Source of the DNA: an uncultured Candidatus Cloacimonadota bacterium
Lineage (GTDB): Bacteria > Cloacimonadota > Cloacimonadia > Cloacimonadales > CAYQPF01
DNA: 36,014 nucleotides
NCBI GenBank assembly: GCA_964419225.1
Contig: CAYQPF010000035.1
Span: forward strand, 1 to 36,014
Direction of reading: 5' to 3'
In this document: positions 1-8,266 of the stretch, one piece after another
Position numbering within the stretch: the stretch's first letter is position 1
Layout of the letters: each line of letters begins with the position of its first letter
The notes under the pieces: model-generated
Database searches by the model: none
The model's input: only the letters and a program-made list of their open reading frames with translations
What the model was told of the DNA's origin: nothing
Made by a program: the position numbers and the translations under genes

Positions 1-16
1 ACCTTTTTATATAGTA

Positions 17-2212
17 ATGATTGGCAGAACAGATATGCAGGATTATGAAGTCATGGCAGATGTCAAAAAGACTATCAACAGTGCTATCACTAAAGAAGCA
101 GTTAAAAACTCTCTTGGTACTGAAATCATCTCAAAAATCATTTCTTTGAATGAAGTTCTGACTGAGAATGAAATCAAATTAATGATCAAAGGTGTTGCTA
201 ATTGTAACCTTGAAGGTAGTAAAGTCTTTGATTCAGCCAACTTAAGGAACTATCTTTATCAATTTGGCAAAGTAGAAGTTTATCCCTTACAAACGGAACC
301 GGCACTCACTGGCGTGTCTAAGGCTTCAAAAAAGATAGAAGTCGAAGTAGTTAAAGATTTGAACTCAGGCTTAACCAGTAATTTAAAACCTGCTGAAACT
401 GCAAAACTTAGTGAGCAGTTAACCGAAATCAGCGGGTTAAATACAGAGAATCAAAGTAAGCTCCAGAATATTGCCAATCTCGCTAAATCTGTCATCTCCA
501 AAGAAAACAAGAAAATCAAAGAAAATGAAAGTGAAGTATCTTTACGAGAAACTGTTTTAACAAAATACAATGAAGAACTGAATATTTTGAAGAGTGAATT
601 GATAACAACCAAAGTACAGCAAAATGATGAAACCTTGAATTATTCCAGAGTTAAGAGCAAATACGACAGCTTTGTCAATGGTGAGAAGAAGTTTAAAATA
701 ATCACCATCACTGCCAAGCAATCCGAATCCCAATCCAATCTGGACTCCTATAAAGAATTAGTAATCAGAAATATTGAGAAGTTCCGCACTTCTGTTTCCT
801 CTGAAGGTGTGTCCAGTGAAACAACTTATAACAACTCACAGACCACAGAGAAAGAACGCGGAAAGATTGGAAGTGCTAAGATTACTGATATCAGGATCAT
901 AGGCAAATACCAGAAGAATACTGAGAATGAAACCGGAACAGATACCGAGAATGGTGTTTCCATAGCCTATAAATATGTGTTTCAAATTGATGAGACCAAA
1001 GATCTGAAAGTTAATGAAGCTGCTGTTACAGTTACAGGTGAACCGAAAGATGCTCTGATCAAAGTTGGCAAATATATTTTGGATTCAGGAGTTACACAAA
1101 ATATACCAATGGGAAAATACTCTCTTCACTTAGAGAAATATGGTTATAAGAGTCTTGATCAAGAGATAGATATAAACAATGCTACTTACCCAATTACCTA
1201 TCAAATGCAAGCTTACCAAATTCTGGATTACAAAATTGATTCAGAACCTCAGGGTGCTGATGTTTACTTCAACTCAGAAAATAAGGGTAAGACACCTCTG
1301 GAAATCAAACTATTGCCCGGACTTTACTATATTACTCTTTCCAAGGCAGGTTACTCAGATTACCTTGATTCGACACAAATTAAAGAAGGTTATCGTTACA
1401 ATTCCTCCCCTACTTTGTATAAATTGACCAGAGAACCTCTCAAGTCAGGTAACAACTTAGTATTAGTAGAAGGCGGAACCTTCACTTTGGGTGACTCAAA
1501 AGATGCAGGATCCTTCAATGAAAATACTGCTCATGAAGTAACAGTTTCCTCATTTTATATGGGGAAATACGAGGTCACTCAAAAAGAATGGTTTGAAATC
1601 ATGGGACGTATTAAGAACTTCAAAGCTGCAGATTATCCTGCATGTGATATTTCCTGGTATCAGGCTGTTGAATACTGCAATCTCAGGAGCATCAAAGAAG
1701 GCTTAGAACCCTGTTATGATATAAAGGTATGGTTGAGAGACTACGAATCCAATCTGAATGTGCCTTTGAATGATGATATTCGTTGGACTGTCACATGTGA
1801 TTTCAAGAAGAAAGGTTATCGTCTGCCAACCGAAGCTGAGTGGGAATATGCAGCCAAGGGTGGCAAGAATCAGTCCAAATACAATTTCTCCGGTGGCAAC
1901 AGTCTGAAAAAAGTAGGCTGGTTTGCAGATAACAGTAATAATGAAATTCAAATGGTTGGGCTAAAACTGCCTAATAGTCTGGGCTTGTATGACATGAGCG
2001 GAAACATGGAAGAATGGTGCTGGGATTGGCATGGTAAGTTTAGCGATCAGAAACAGACGAATCCTAAAGGTGCAGAATCAGGGTATTATAAAGTCATTAG
2101 AGGAGGAAGTTACAGTGAAATGTGGGACTTGACTTGTGGCGTCAGCACCCGTGGAAAAACCTTTCCTCCGGCAAACTCAGATCATGGGCTGAGAATAGTT
2201 ATTAGTTATTAG
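17..2212 (+). CDS. Coiled-coil / PEGA-domain / formylglycine-generating-enzyme (FGE-sulfatase, SUMF1-like) domain protein. The reading frame is open to the window edge, so the N-terminus may lie upstream.
   Basis: Long ORF of 731 aa. A PEGA-like segment reads 'SEPQGADVYFNSENKGKTPLEIKLLPGLYYITLSKAGYSDY'. The C-terminus carries FGE-sulfatase signature blocks 'GGTFTLGD', 'HEVTVSSFYMGKYEVTQKEW', 'GYRLPTEAEWEYAAKGG', 'GLYDMSGNMEEWCWDW' and 'RGGSY'. Confidence 0.8.
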   Translation: MIGRTDMQDYEVMADVKKTINSAITKEAVKNSLGTEIISKIISLNEVLTENEIKLMIKGVANCNLEGSKVFDSANLRNYLYQFGKVEVYPLQTEPALTGVSKASKKIEVEVVKDLNSGLTSNLKPAETAKLSEQLTEISGLNTENQSKLQNIANLAKSVISKENKKIKENESEVSLRETVLTKYNEELNILKSELITTKVQQNDETLNYSRVKSKYDSFVNGEKKFKIITITAKQSESQSNLDSYKELVIRNIEKFRTSVSSEGVSSETTYNNSQTTEKERGKIGSAKITDIRIIGKYQKNTENETGTDTENGVSIAYKYVFQIDETKDLKVNEAAVTVTGEPKDALIKVGKYILDSGVTQNIPMGKYSLHLEKYGYKSLDQEIDINNATYPITYQMQAYQILDYKIDSEPQGADVYFNSENKGKTPLEIKLLPGLYYITLSKAGYSDYLDSTQIKEGYRYNSSPTLYKLTREPLKSGNNLVLVEGGTFTLGDSKDAGSFNENTAHEVTVSSFYMGKYEVTQKEWFEIMGRIKNFKAADYPACDISWYQAVEYCNLRSIKEGLEPCYDIKVWLRDYESNLNVPLNDDIRWTVTCDFKKKGYRLPTEAEWEYAAKGGKNQSKYNFSGGNSLKKVGWFADNSNNEIQMVGLKLPNSLGLYDMSGNMEEWCWDWHGKFSDQKQTNPKGAESGYYKVIRGGSYSEMWDLTCGVSTRGKTFPPANSDHGLRIVISY

Positions 2213-2243
2213 TTGTTAGTTAGGAAAATGGGGAAAATTCAGG

Positions 2244-2717
2244 TTATTTTTCTTTATTAAGTTTCTGGATTTCACGGTTTAATAAGTTGGTTAGAATTTC
2301 CTCTTCATCAATGAAATCAGGGTTTCTGAGACATTCGTTATAGTAATCAACTTTGTATTTTTGACACGATACTTCGTAATAAAACAGATCATTTTCTTTC
2401 GATTCTTTGATAATGGTATAAACATGGTTAACAATCCTTGCTCTGCTGAGTACAATTATCTGTGTATTTAGTTCTTCTTTTACAGAATCTTTGGTAGCAG
2501 ATTCGTAGGATTCAATTAAAGCAAAGACACCTGTTTTAATATTCTGAGTCATTTCTGCTAAAGCTCTGGTTTTAGCTAAATCCAAGGCTTTGTTCTGGTT
2601 TTTATCCTGAGCTGTACCCTTCCCATAAAAAACTTTTGGATCTTGATTGCAAGAGAGAGAATAAATTAGATTAGTTGAAGTAATAATCAGGAGAAATAAG
2701 TACATAACTTTATTCAT
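2244..2717 (-). CDS. Small secreted/lipoprotein-like hypothetical protein
   Basis: ORF of 157 aa. The N-terminal hydrophobic signal 'MNKVMYLFLLIITSTNLIYSLSC' ends in Cys. It is convergent with the upstream gene. No recognisable domain. Confidence 0.45.
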   Translation of the reverse strand: MNKVMYLFLLIITSTNLIYSLSCNQDPKVFYGKGTAQDKNQNKALDLAKTRALAEMTQNIKTGVFALIESYESATKDSVKEELNTQIIVLSRARIVNHVYTIIKESKENDLFYYEVSCQKYKVDYYNECLRNPDFIDEEEILTNLLNREIQKLNKEK

Positions 2718-2749
2718 AGAAGTTCTCCCGAATATGATTGTTTCTTTAT

Positions 2750-3766
2750 TTATTTTTGTTTTACAAAATAAATAGTGAAGGAAGTACCTTCATCTTCTTT
2801 AGATTCTACTGTGATTTTGGCATGATGCAGTTCCACCAGTCTTTTAACAATAGAGAGTCCCAGTCCGGTTGTAGCTTCACCGGATGTACCTTTTCTGCTT
2901 GCTTTGGTGAATTTATCAAACAAATGGATCAAGTTTTCGTCAGGAATTCCGATACCTTCATCTCTGATTCTTAAGGCACAATAAGTATTTCCTTCTTCAT
3001 CCACATGATCAAAGATTTCATAGAAAATATTAGCTTTTTTCTGACAGAACTTAACAGCATTAGTTGATAGATTTTCTACAATTTGCCAGAACCTGTCAAC
3101 ATTAAGCATGACGAAATCATCCTGAGATGAATATGTAAAATGCACTTTCAGAGCTTTCCGGCTGGCAATAATCTTCAAATGATTCTCATACGTTTTAATG
3201 ATCGCTTGTAAAGAATGACTGCTCAATTCCAAAGCAAAATCTGTATGATCAATTAGATTTGTATCCAGGATATCATTCACGAGTCGGATGGCTCTTTCAC
3301 TGGATTGATTGATCACATCAATATATTGTCTCAGATTCTCATTCAAATCTTCCAGCATGATCAGATCAACCACGGAGTGTATTCCGCCGATAGCACCTCT
3401 TAAATCATGTGAAACAATGCTGAGGATAGAGTCTTTAGTCTTATTCAGATTCAGAAGTTCATCTCTCTGGATCTTCATTTGGTCCAGAATATTCTTCAAA
3501 TCGAAATCCTTGAGTTTGAGAATTTCTTCATCTTTTTCTTTGAGGGATATTTCATATTTTGTCTGCATATCATGCAGTTCATGATTATATTGTTCGGCAA
3601 AAATCCTGCTGTTCAGTTCGTTCAGTGCCTTTTGATGCTCAATAGCCTGTAGATATTGTTTGTGGGTGATATAATAATCTGTAATTTTTGCCAGCAGTTT
3701 TGCTCTGTCTTTCAAGTTCTTTTCAGCTTGCAATTGATGTAATAACTCGTTGATGTGTTTGTCCAT
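2750..3766 (-). CDS. Cytoplasmic sensor histidine kinase (coiled-coil N-terminus, HisKA + HATPase_c), with no receiver domain and no transmembrane segment
   Basis: H-box 'SHDLRGAIGGI' is present. ATPase G-boxes read 'DEGIGIPDE' and 'GTGLGLSIVKRLVELHHAKI'. The ORF is 338 aa. Confidence 0.85.
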   Translation of the reverse strand: MDKHINELLHQLQAEKNLKDRAKLLAKITDYYITHKQYLQAIEHQKALNELNSRIFAEQYNHELHDMQTKYEISLKEKDEEILKLKDFDLKNILDQMKIQRDELLNLNKTKDSILSIVSHDLRGAIGGIHSVVDLIMLEDLNENLRQYIDVINQSSERAIRLVNDILDTNLIDHTDFALELSSHSLQAIIKTYENHLKIIASRKALKVHFTYSSQDDFVMLNVDRFWQIVENLSTNAVKFCQKKANIFYEIFDHVDEEGNTYCALRIRDEGIGIPDENLIHLFDKFTKASRKGTSGEATTGLGLSIVKRLVELHHAKITVESKEDEGTSFTIYFVKQK

Positions 3767-3773
3767 TTGCTAC

Positions 3774-4172
3774 CTAATTCATGAATTTTTTAAAATCGTT
3801 AAAAATGTATTCCGGGATCCTGAAAGGCTTGCTATTCCTGATAAAGACCGCTTTTACTACTCCCAGGGAACATACTTCTTCCTTGGTGTTATAGATCTCC
3901 TGGACCCAGATAGAAGTTAACCTGTTTATCTCTTTGACATATGATTTAATCGTTACAATTTCATCTATGGGAATCGCTTTTTTGTAATCTACTTCGGCTC
4001 TCGTTAAATAGATCTGGATATCAAGTTCATGCATTTTATGGATAGGATACCCCATATCCTCCAAGGCAATGGAACGTGCTGCTTCAAATAACTGCAAATA
4101 ACGGGAATTGTTCAAGTGACCATATATGTCACAGTCGTAACCATAAATGCGGTATTTGAATTCAAAGATCAT
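3774..4172 (-). CDS. YbgC/FadM-type 4HBT acyl-CoA thioesterase
   Basis: Hot-dog thioesterase signature near the N-terminus reads 'YRIYGYDCDIYGHLNNSRYLQLFEAAR'. The protein is 132 aa. An ATGA overlap joins it to the downstream gene at 4169-4172. Confidence 0.7.
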   Translation of the reverse strand: MIFEFKYRIYGYDCDIYGHLNNSRYLQLFEAARSIALEDMGYPIHKMHELDIQIYLTRAEVDYKKAIPIDEIVTIKSYVKEINRLTSIWVQEIYNTKEEVCSLGVVKAVFIRNSKPFRIPEYIFNDFKKFMN

Positions 4173-4531
4173 ACTTTATATAAAAGCTGGTAAAGCTTTC
4201 CGGATAGTTCAAAAGTTGTTAAATCACTGCAGATAAGACTGATATTTTCTTCCTTTGCTTTTTTGATAACAGGTTCATCGGGTCTGACACCTTTGGCAAA
4301 ACATATAGCAGAAATCCCGGCCAAAGAAGCCACTGCCACAACATTGAGATGCTTCATAATTGTGATCCAGACCTGATTATCTGCCGCACTTCCCATAACA
4401 TCACTCAATAAGTCTGAAACATATCCACCTGCAACTTCTACAGTGGCAGCATCAAATTCGGGAGTTAAATACTCTCCGTTTATTGCTTCAATAAATGCAT
4501 TTAATTTTATATTCATTATCTTCCTCACCAT
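4169..4531 (-). CDS. DRTGG-like domain protein (small CBS-associated-type domain, 120 aa)
   Basis: The motif 'GGYVSDLLSDVMG...VWITIMKHLNVVAVASLAGI' resembles stand-alone DRTGG-domain proteins. SD 'GGTGAGG' sits upstream of the ATG. This is recalled similarity only. Confidence 0.5.
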   Translation of the reverse strand: MVRKIMNIKLNAFIEAINGEYLTPEFDAATVEVAGGYVSDLLSDVMGSAADNQVWITIMKHLNVVAVASLAGISAICFAKGVRPDEPVIKKAKEENISLICSDLTTFELSGKLYQLLYKV

Positions 4532-4605
4532 CTCTTTTTAGAGATTATCTAAATTACCATTCACATTTTTGCCTATATCTGTCAAGTGACATATTCACTC
4601 TTCTA

Positions 4606-5391
4606 TCAGCTCTTTAATAGATTATAAATTATTTTAACCAGTAAAAGGACTAAGACAAAGAGGAATAAGGGTCTGATGATCTTCCCGCCCTTTTTAACAA
4701 CCAGTTTGGAACCCAGTAAATTTCCGGCGATTCCGCAGATAGCGGCCGGGATCCCTATAGCAAAAATAACCTTCCCACTGATGAGAAAAGTAATTACAGA
4801 ACCCAAATTAGATGAAAGATTAACCACCTTTGTGTTTCCGTTGGCCACGACAAAATCGTATTGAAGTAAAGTAACATAACAGATTATCAGGAAAGATCCT
4901 GTACCAGGACCAAAGAATCCGTCATAAAACCCGATTATGAAACTGAATATGGACGAAAGGATCACTTTTTTCAACATCGTTAATTCATGCGAAGAATTGT
5001 GTTTACCCATATTCTTGTTTACCAGACTGAAAACAGCTATGATTGGAATAAGTATAACAAGAATTATATTCAAAAAGCCGGGATTGAGAATCAGCACAGT
5101 ACGGGTACCCAGCCAGGAGCCAACTAAAGCCAGCAGTCCGTTTCCTAAGGCAATTTTTAGATCTATCATCCCATGCCGGAAATATCTGGCAGTGGCAAAA
5201 AGAGTACCAAAAACTGAAGAGAACTTGTTGGTTGCCAGAGCAAAATGGGGAGGTAATCCGGCCGCCAGGTACGCCGGAACAGAGATCAAACCTCCACCGC
5301 CAGCGATGGCATCTACTATTCCTGCAAAAAACACCACAGGTAAAATAATTAGATAAGTATGCCAATCAAGCATAACTAAATTTTCCCACAT
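4606..5391 (-). CDS. TauE/SafE (TSUP) family sulfite/anion exporter membrane protein
   Basis: Polytopic membrane protein with the repeated glycine-rich motif 'GIVDAIAGGGGLISVPAYL' and an internal duplicate 'GFYDGFFGPGTGSFLI'. The ORF is 261 aa. Confidence 0.8.
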   Translation of the reverse strand: MWENLVMLDWHTYLIILPVVFFAGIVDAIAGGGGLISVPAYLAAGLPPHFALATNKFSSVFGTLFATARYFRHGMIDLKIALGNGLLALVGSWLGTRTVLILNPGFLNIILVILIPIIAVFSLVNKNMGKHNSSHELTMLKKVILSSIFSFIIGFYDGFFGPGTGSFLIICYVTLLQYDFVVANGNTKVVNLSSNLGSVITFLISGKVIFAIGIPAAICGIAGNLLGSKLVVKKGGKIIRPLFLFVLVLLLVKIIYNLLKS

Positions 5392-5515
5392 AATTACTCC
5401 TAAAATATACTAAAGAGAAAAAAGCTGGTTAACTGTCCCTGGGAGATGACGCAGCTTGCGTCATTATAATAAAGAACCTGGCAGGCTCTTCTCCCACTGA
5501 CACCCGACACCTTTT

Positions 5516-6670
5516 CTATGGTTTGACAAATCTGCCCAGGAAAAGAATAGAATTGGTTTCATTATCCATAATTGCAAAGAGGAATGGGTGATCTGCTTTG
5601 AAAGTAATAGGATCAGGTGGCAAGCATTTAGCCATATTAACAGCAGTAGCAGCTGCAGCTACTGTCTTTTTTTCATCAATTTTCAATGCAGTTTTATGGA
5701 TAACTTTTGATATAAAAAGTCTTTCGTCTGAAATTCCTGAGAAGTCTGCTGAACCAAATGCGGTAACTAATCCCATCTTAATAAGAGGTTTCTTAAGATC
5801 ATATTCCATTTCCAAATCAAATTTTGGCAAACTTAGATGCACAATACCAGGTATCCCAGAACGCTTGGGGAGAATCTGTGCATTTATTACGTTCTCTAAA
5901 GCCTGTAAACCATCATCATCTCTAGGTAAAAAAATATACAGAGATTTTGTTCTGTTTTTATAAGGTATCTCTATAAATTGATATTCATCCGTTTCATAGT
6001 GGAAATAATTTGAGCTATCTACCATAAAATTCATTTTTACAGTCTCATTTTTAGATACTTTAAAATCATCTAAATGTGTAAGTGTTGTGTCAAAGCTTTT
6101 GGCCCATTCTCCACTGAAATAAACAGCATTTGTGAGAACCAGACTTGTAGCCTTTGGATTCAGATCATCCGGTTTAATCAATTCCTTAATCATATTGTTT
6201 GTTTGGGATAAAACCCATTTATTTATTATTTCTGCTGACTCAACATTCTTTCCAAAGTTCAAGGATTCAGCCTTTGCCTGATAATTGACATTCAATAATT
6301 TTCTGTAGTCAGGTTTGATCTTAAAACCATAATTGAACCAGATAGCATTAGCAATTGTAAGCTGATTATCTTTATCTGTGGAATTACTCAACTTCATCAA
6401 TTGCTGTCCAAGTCTTTCAGAGGTAAAATGCTTGTTAAGATACAGAACTTTTTCGAATTCTTTTCTGGTTTGTTTTCTGGCACCTTCAGCAGTCATTAAC
6501 AGAGCTATATCAATACTCAGAGGCGAGAAGAAAAGGTTTTTGCCATCCTCTTTCAACTCATGATACAAATCAAAGGAAAACCTGTTCAGAGAGCTACCCT
6601 GAGAAATTGTTTGAGCAAATAAACTGCAACTCATTGTTATTAAAATCAGGCCTAAAATTTGAAACCTCAT
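5516..6670 (-). CDS. Secreted serpin (serine protease inhibitor)
   Basis: N-terminal signal peptide. Serpin hinge/RCL reads 'EKKTVAAAATAVNMAKCLPPDPITFKADHPFLFAI' and aligns to the alpha1-antitrypsin RCL and 'PF(L/V)F' C-terminal block. SD GGAGG lies 5 nt upstream of the ATG. Confidence 0.85.
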   Translation of the reverse strand: MRFQILGLILITMSCSLFAQTISQGSSLNRFSFDLYHELKEDGKNLFFSPLSIDIALLMTAEGARKQTRKEFEKVLYLNKHFTSERLGQQLMKLSNSTDKDNQLTIANAIWFNYGFKIKPDYRKLLNVNYQAKAESLNFGKNVESAEIINKWVLSQTNNMIKELIKPDDLNPKATSLVLTNAVYFSGEWAKSFDTTLTHLDDFKVSKNETVKMNFMVDSSNYFHYETDEYQFIEIPYKNRTKSLYIFLPRDDDGLQALENVINAQILPKRSGIPGIVHLSLPKFDLEMEYDLKKPLIKMGLVTAFGSADFSGISDERLFISKVIHKTALKIDEKKTVAAAATAVNMAKCLPPDPITFKADHPFLFAIMDNETNSILFLGRFVKP

Positions 6671-6749
6671 GTAACCTCCGATATTTTTAGTAACATAAAG
6701 GTAACATTAGAGTATTAAAAATTAAGTCAAGCAGATAATCTTTTGGATA

Positions 6750-6777
6750 GTTAAGAGATAAGAGTTAAGAGATAAGA
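6750..6777. repeat. Perfect 2 x 14-bp tandem repeat 'gttaagagataaga' in the divergent intergenic region. It is followed at 6821-6865 by four copies of 'ctaaag' spaced about 11-12 bp apart.
   Basis: Read directly from the sequence. The region is purine-rich on the + strand and lies between the divergently oriented serpin and VOC genes. Confidence 0.6.
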
Positions 6778-7109
6778 CATGAGGATAATTTCCGTTGTTA
6801 TTAAACAGTAAAAACTAAGAGGAGCTAAAGGGATGCTAAAGAGAAGCTAAAGAGGAGTGTCTAAAGTTCGGAGTCATAATTTTGAGTAGTTTCATAGGAG
6901 ATAAGAACTTTTAATCAGGCATTGCATGATTGTTTAGTATAGATGAAACTCTATTATTCAAGAATTGAGACCAATTCGCGGAGGATTTCCAAACAAGAGT
7001 TCTCCACTGTGTGACTCTGAGATTTCCTCTGTGTAACTTTGTGATACTAAAAAATTAATATTTTTATTTACATAATTTACAATTTCTACAACCTTAGTTC
7101 GGAGGATTT

Positions 7110-7514
7110 ATGAGAGGTAAATTACATCATGTGGAATTATATGTAAGCGATTTAGCTGTGACCCGCACTTTTTGGAGCTGGCTGTTAGAAAAGTTAGGCT
7201 ATACTTTGTTCCAGGAATGGGAGGAAGGTTTCAGTTATATGTTGGATAGCACATACCTTGTGTTTGTTCAAACCGAAGAAAAACACCTGTCTGTTCCTTA
7301 CCACAGATGCAGAACAGGGCTGAACCATTTGGCTTTTCATGTATTTGATAGCGATGAAGTTGATGATTTCACAGCACTCTTACGAGAGAAAAATGTAACA
7401 ATTCTTTATGAAGATCGTCATCCTTATGCAGGTGGTGCAGGTTATTATGCCGTATTCTTTGAGGATCCTGACAGAATAAAAGTAGAACTGGTCGCTGCAA
7501 AGATAGTCAAATGA
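7110..7514 (+). CDS. VOC/glyoxalase-bleomycin-resistance family protein
   Basis: 'HHVELYVSDLAVTRTFW' is a beta-alpha-beta-beta-beta VOC fold signature. SD GGAGGA lies 6 nt upstream. The stop overlaps the recO start as ATGA. Confidence 0.7.
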   Translation: MRGKLHHVELYVSDLAVTRTFWSWLLEKLGYTLFQEWEEGFSYMLDSTYLVFVQTEEKHLSVPYHRCRTGLNHLAFHVFDSDEVDDFTALLREKNVTILYEDRHPYAGGAGYYAVFFEDPDRIKVELVAAKIVK

Positions 7515-8266
7515 ACCAAAGAAGCCGAGAATATAAGACCCGGGTTATTGTTTTACGCAAGACCTTGTTCAAGGAGAGCAGCTATGTATTGGAGTTGCTG
7601 TCGGACGATCTGGGAAAGATCCCGGCATTGGTCAAAGGTGCCAGAGGTGGTAAATCTTCAGAACCGGGCAAATTTGAGATCCTCAATATTCTAAGTGTCA
7701 TTTTGCATAAAAGTCCTGATGCTGAAATGTATCTCATCAAATCGGCTGATTTCGAGAAGAGTTATTTACTGGAGGCTGCCTTCAAAAAATCCATCCTCAT
7801 GCAGGCAGGTGCCGAAGTGCTCTTGCAGTTGGAAATAGCTATGGAAGACAGAACCAAGTTCTTTCTGTTATTGGAAACTTATCTGGACTATTTAAGAAAA
7901 AGTGATAAATATTCTCCACAAATATTCTGGAGATTTCTCTTGAGAGCTTTCGAATTCTCCGGAATCGAACTCGCTCCCAATACTTGCAGTGATTGTCAAA
8001 AAAGTAAAATCCCGATGAAAATCTTCAATTATCCCAACCGTTTTCTCTGTGCAGAATGTGCAGCTCAAATCCTCAGAAAGCCGGACTTTTCCTTCTCACC
8101 CAAAGTCGGTGAAATTTTTGCCGGCATCTATGATTTAAATAAAACTGACTCTGTTGACAGCCTGGGCAGGGTTGTCATCGACGAAATAAATAATTTTCTA
8201 CTGGAAGTATTTAAAGAACACTTCCATCTGAAACTGCACTTACGGAGCTTCGGTTTATGGACCTGA
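7511..8266 (+). CDS. recO: DNA repair protein RecO
   Basis: N-terminal OB-fold block reads 'RVIVLRKTLFKESSYVLELLSDDLGKIPALVKGARG'. C-terminal Cys4 zinc motif reads 'CSDCQK...CAEC'. The ORF is 251 aa. Confidence 0.8.
   Translation: MNQRSREYKTRVIVLRKTLFKESSYVLELLSDDLGKIPALVKGARGGKSSEPGKFEILNILSVILHKSPDAEMYLIKSADFEKSYLLEAAFKKSILMQAGAEVLLQLEIAMEDRTKFFLLLETYLDYLRKSDKYSPQIFWRFLLRAFEFSGIELAPNTCSDCQKSKIPMKIFNYPNRFLCAECAAQILRKPDFSFSPKVGEIFAGIYDLNKTDSVDSLGRVVIDEINNFLLEVFKEHFHLKLHLRSFGLWT

Noticed and set aside
6745-6870. A possible CRISPR-like array of short repeats.
   Set aside because: The units are only 6-14 bp long, and no unique spacers of regular length separate them. This is a simple tandem or periodic repeat, not a CRISPR.
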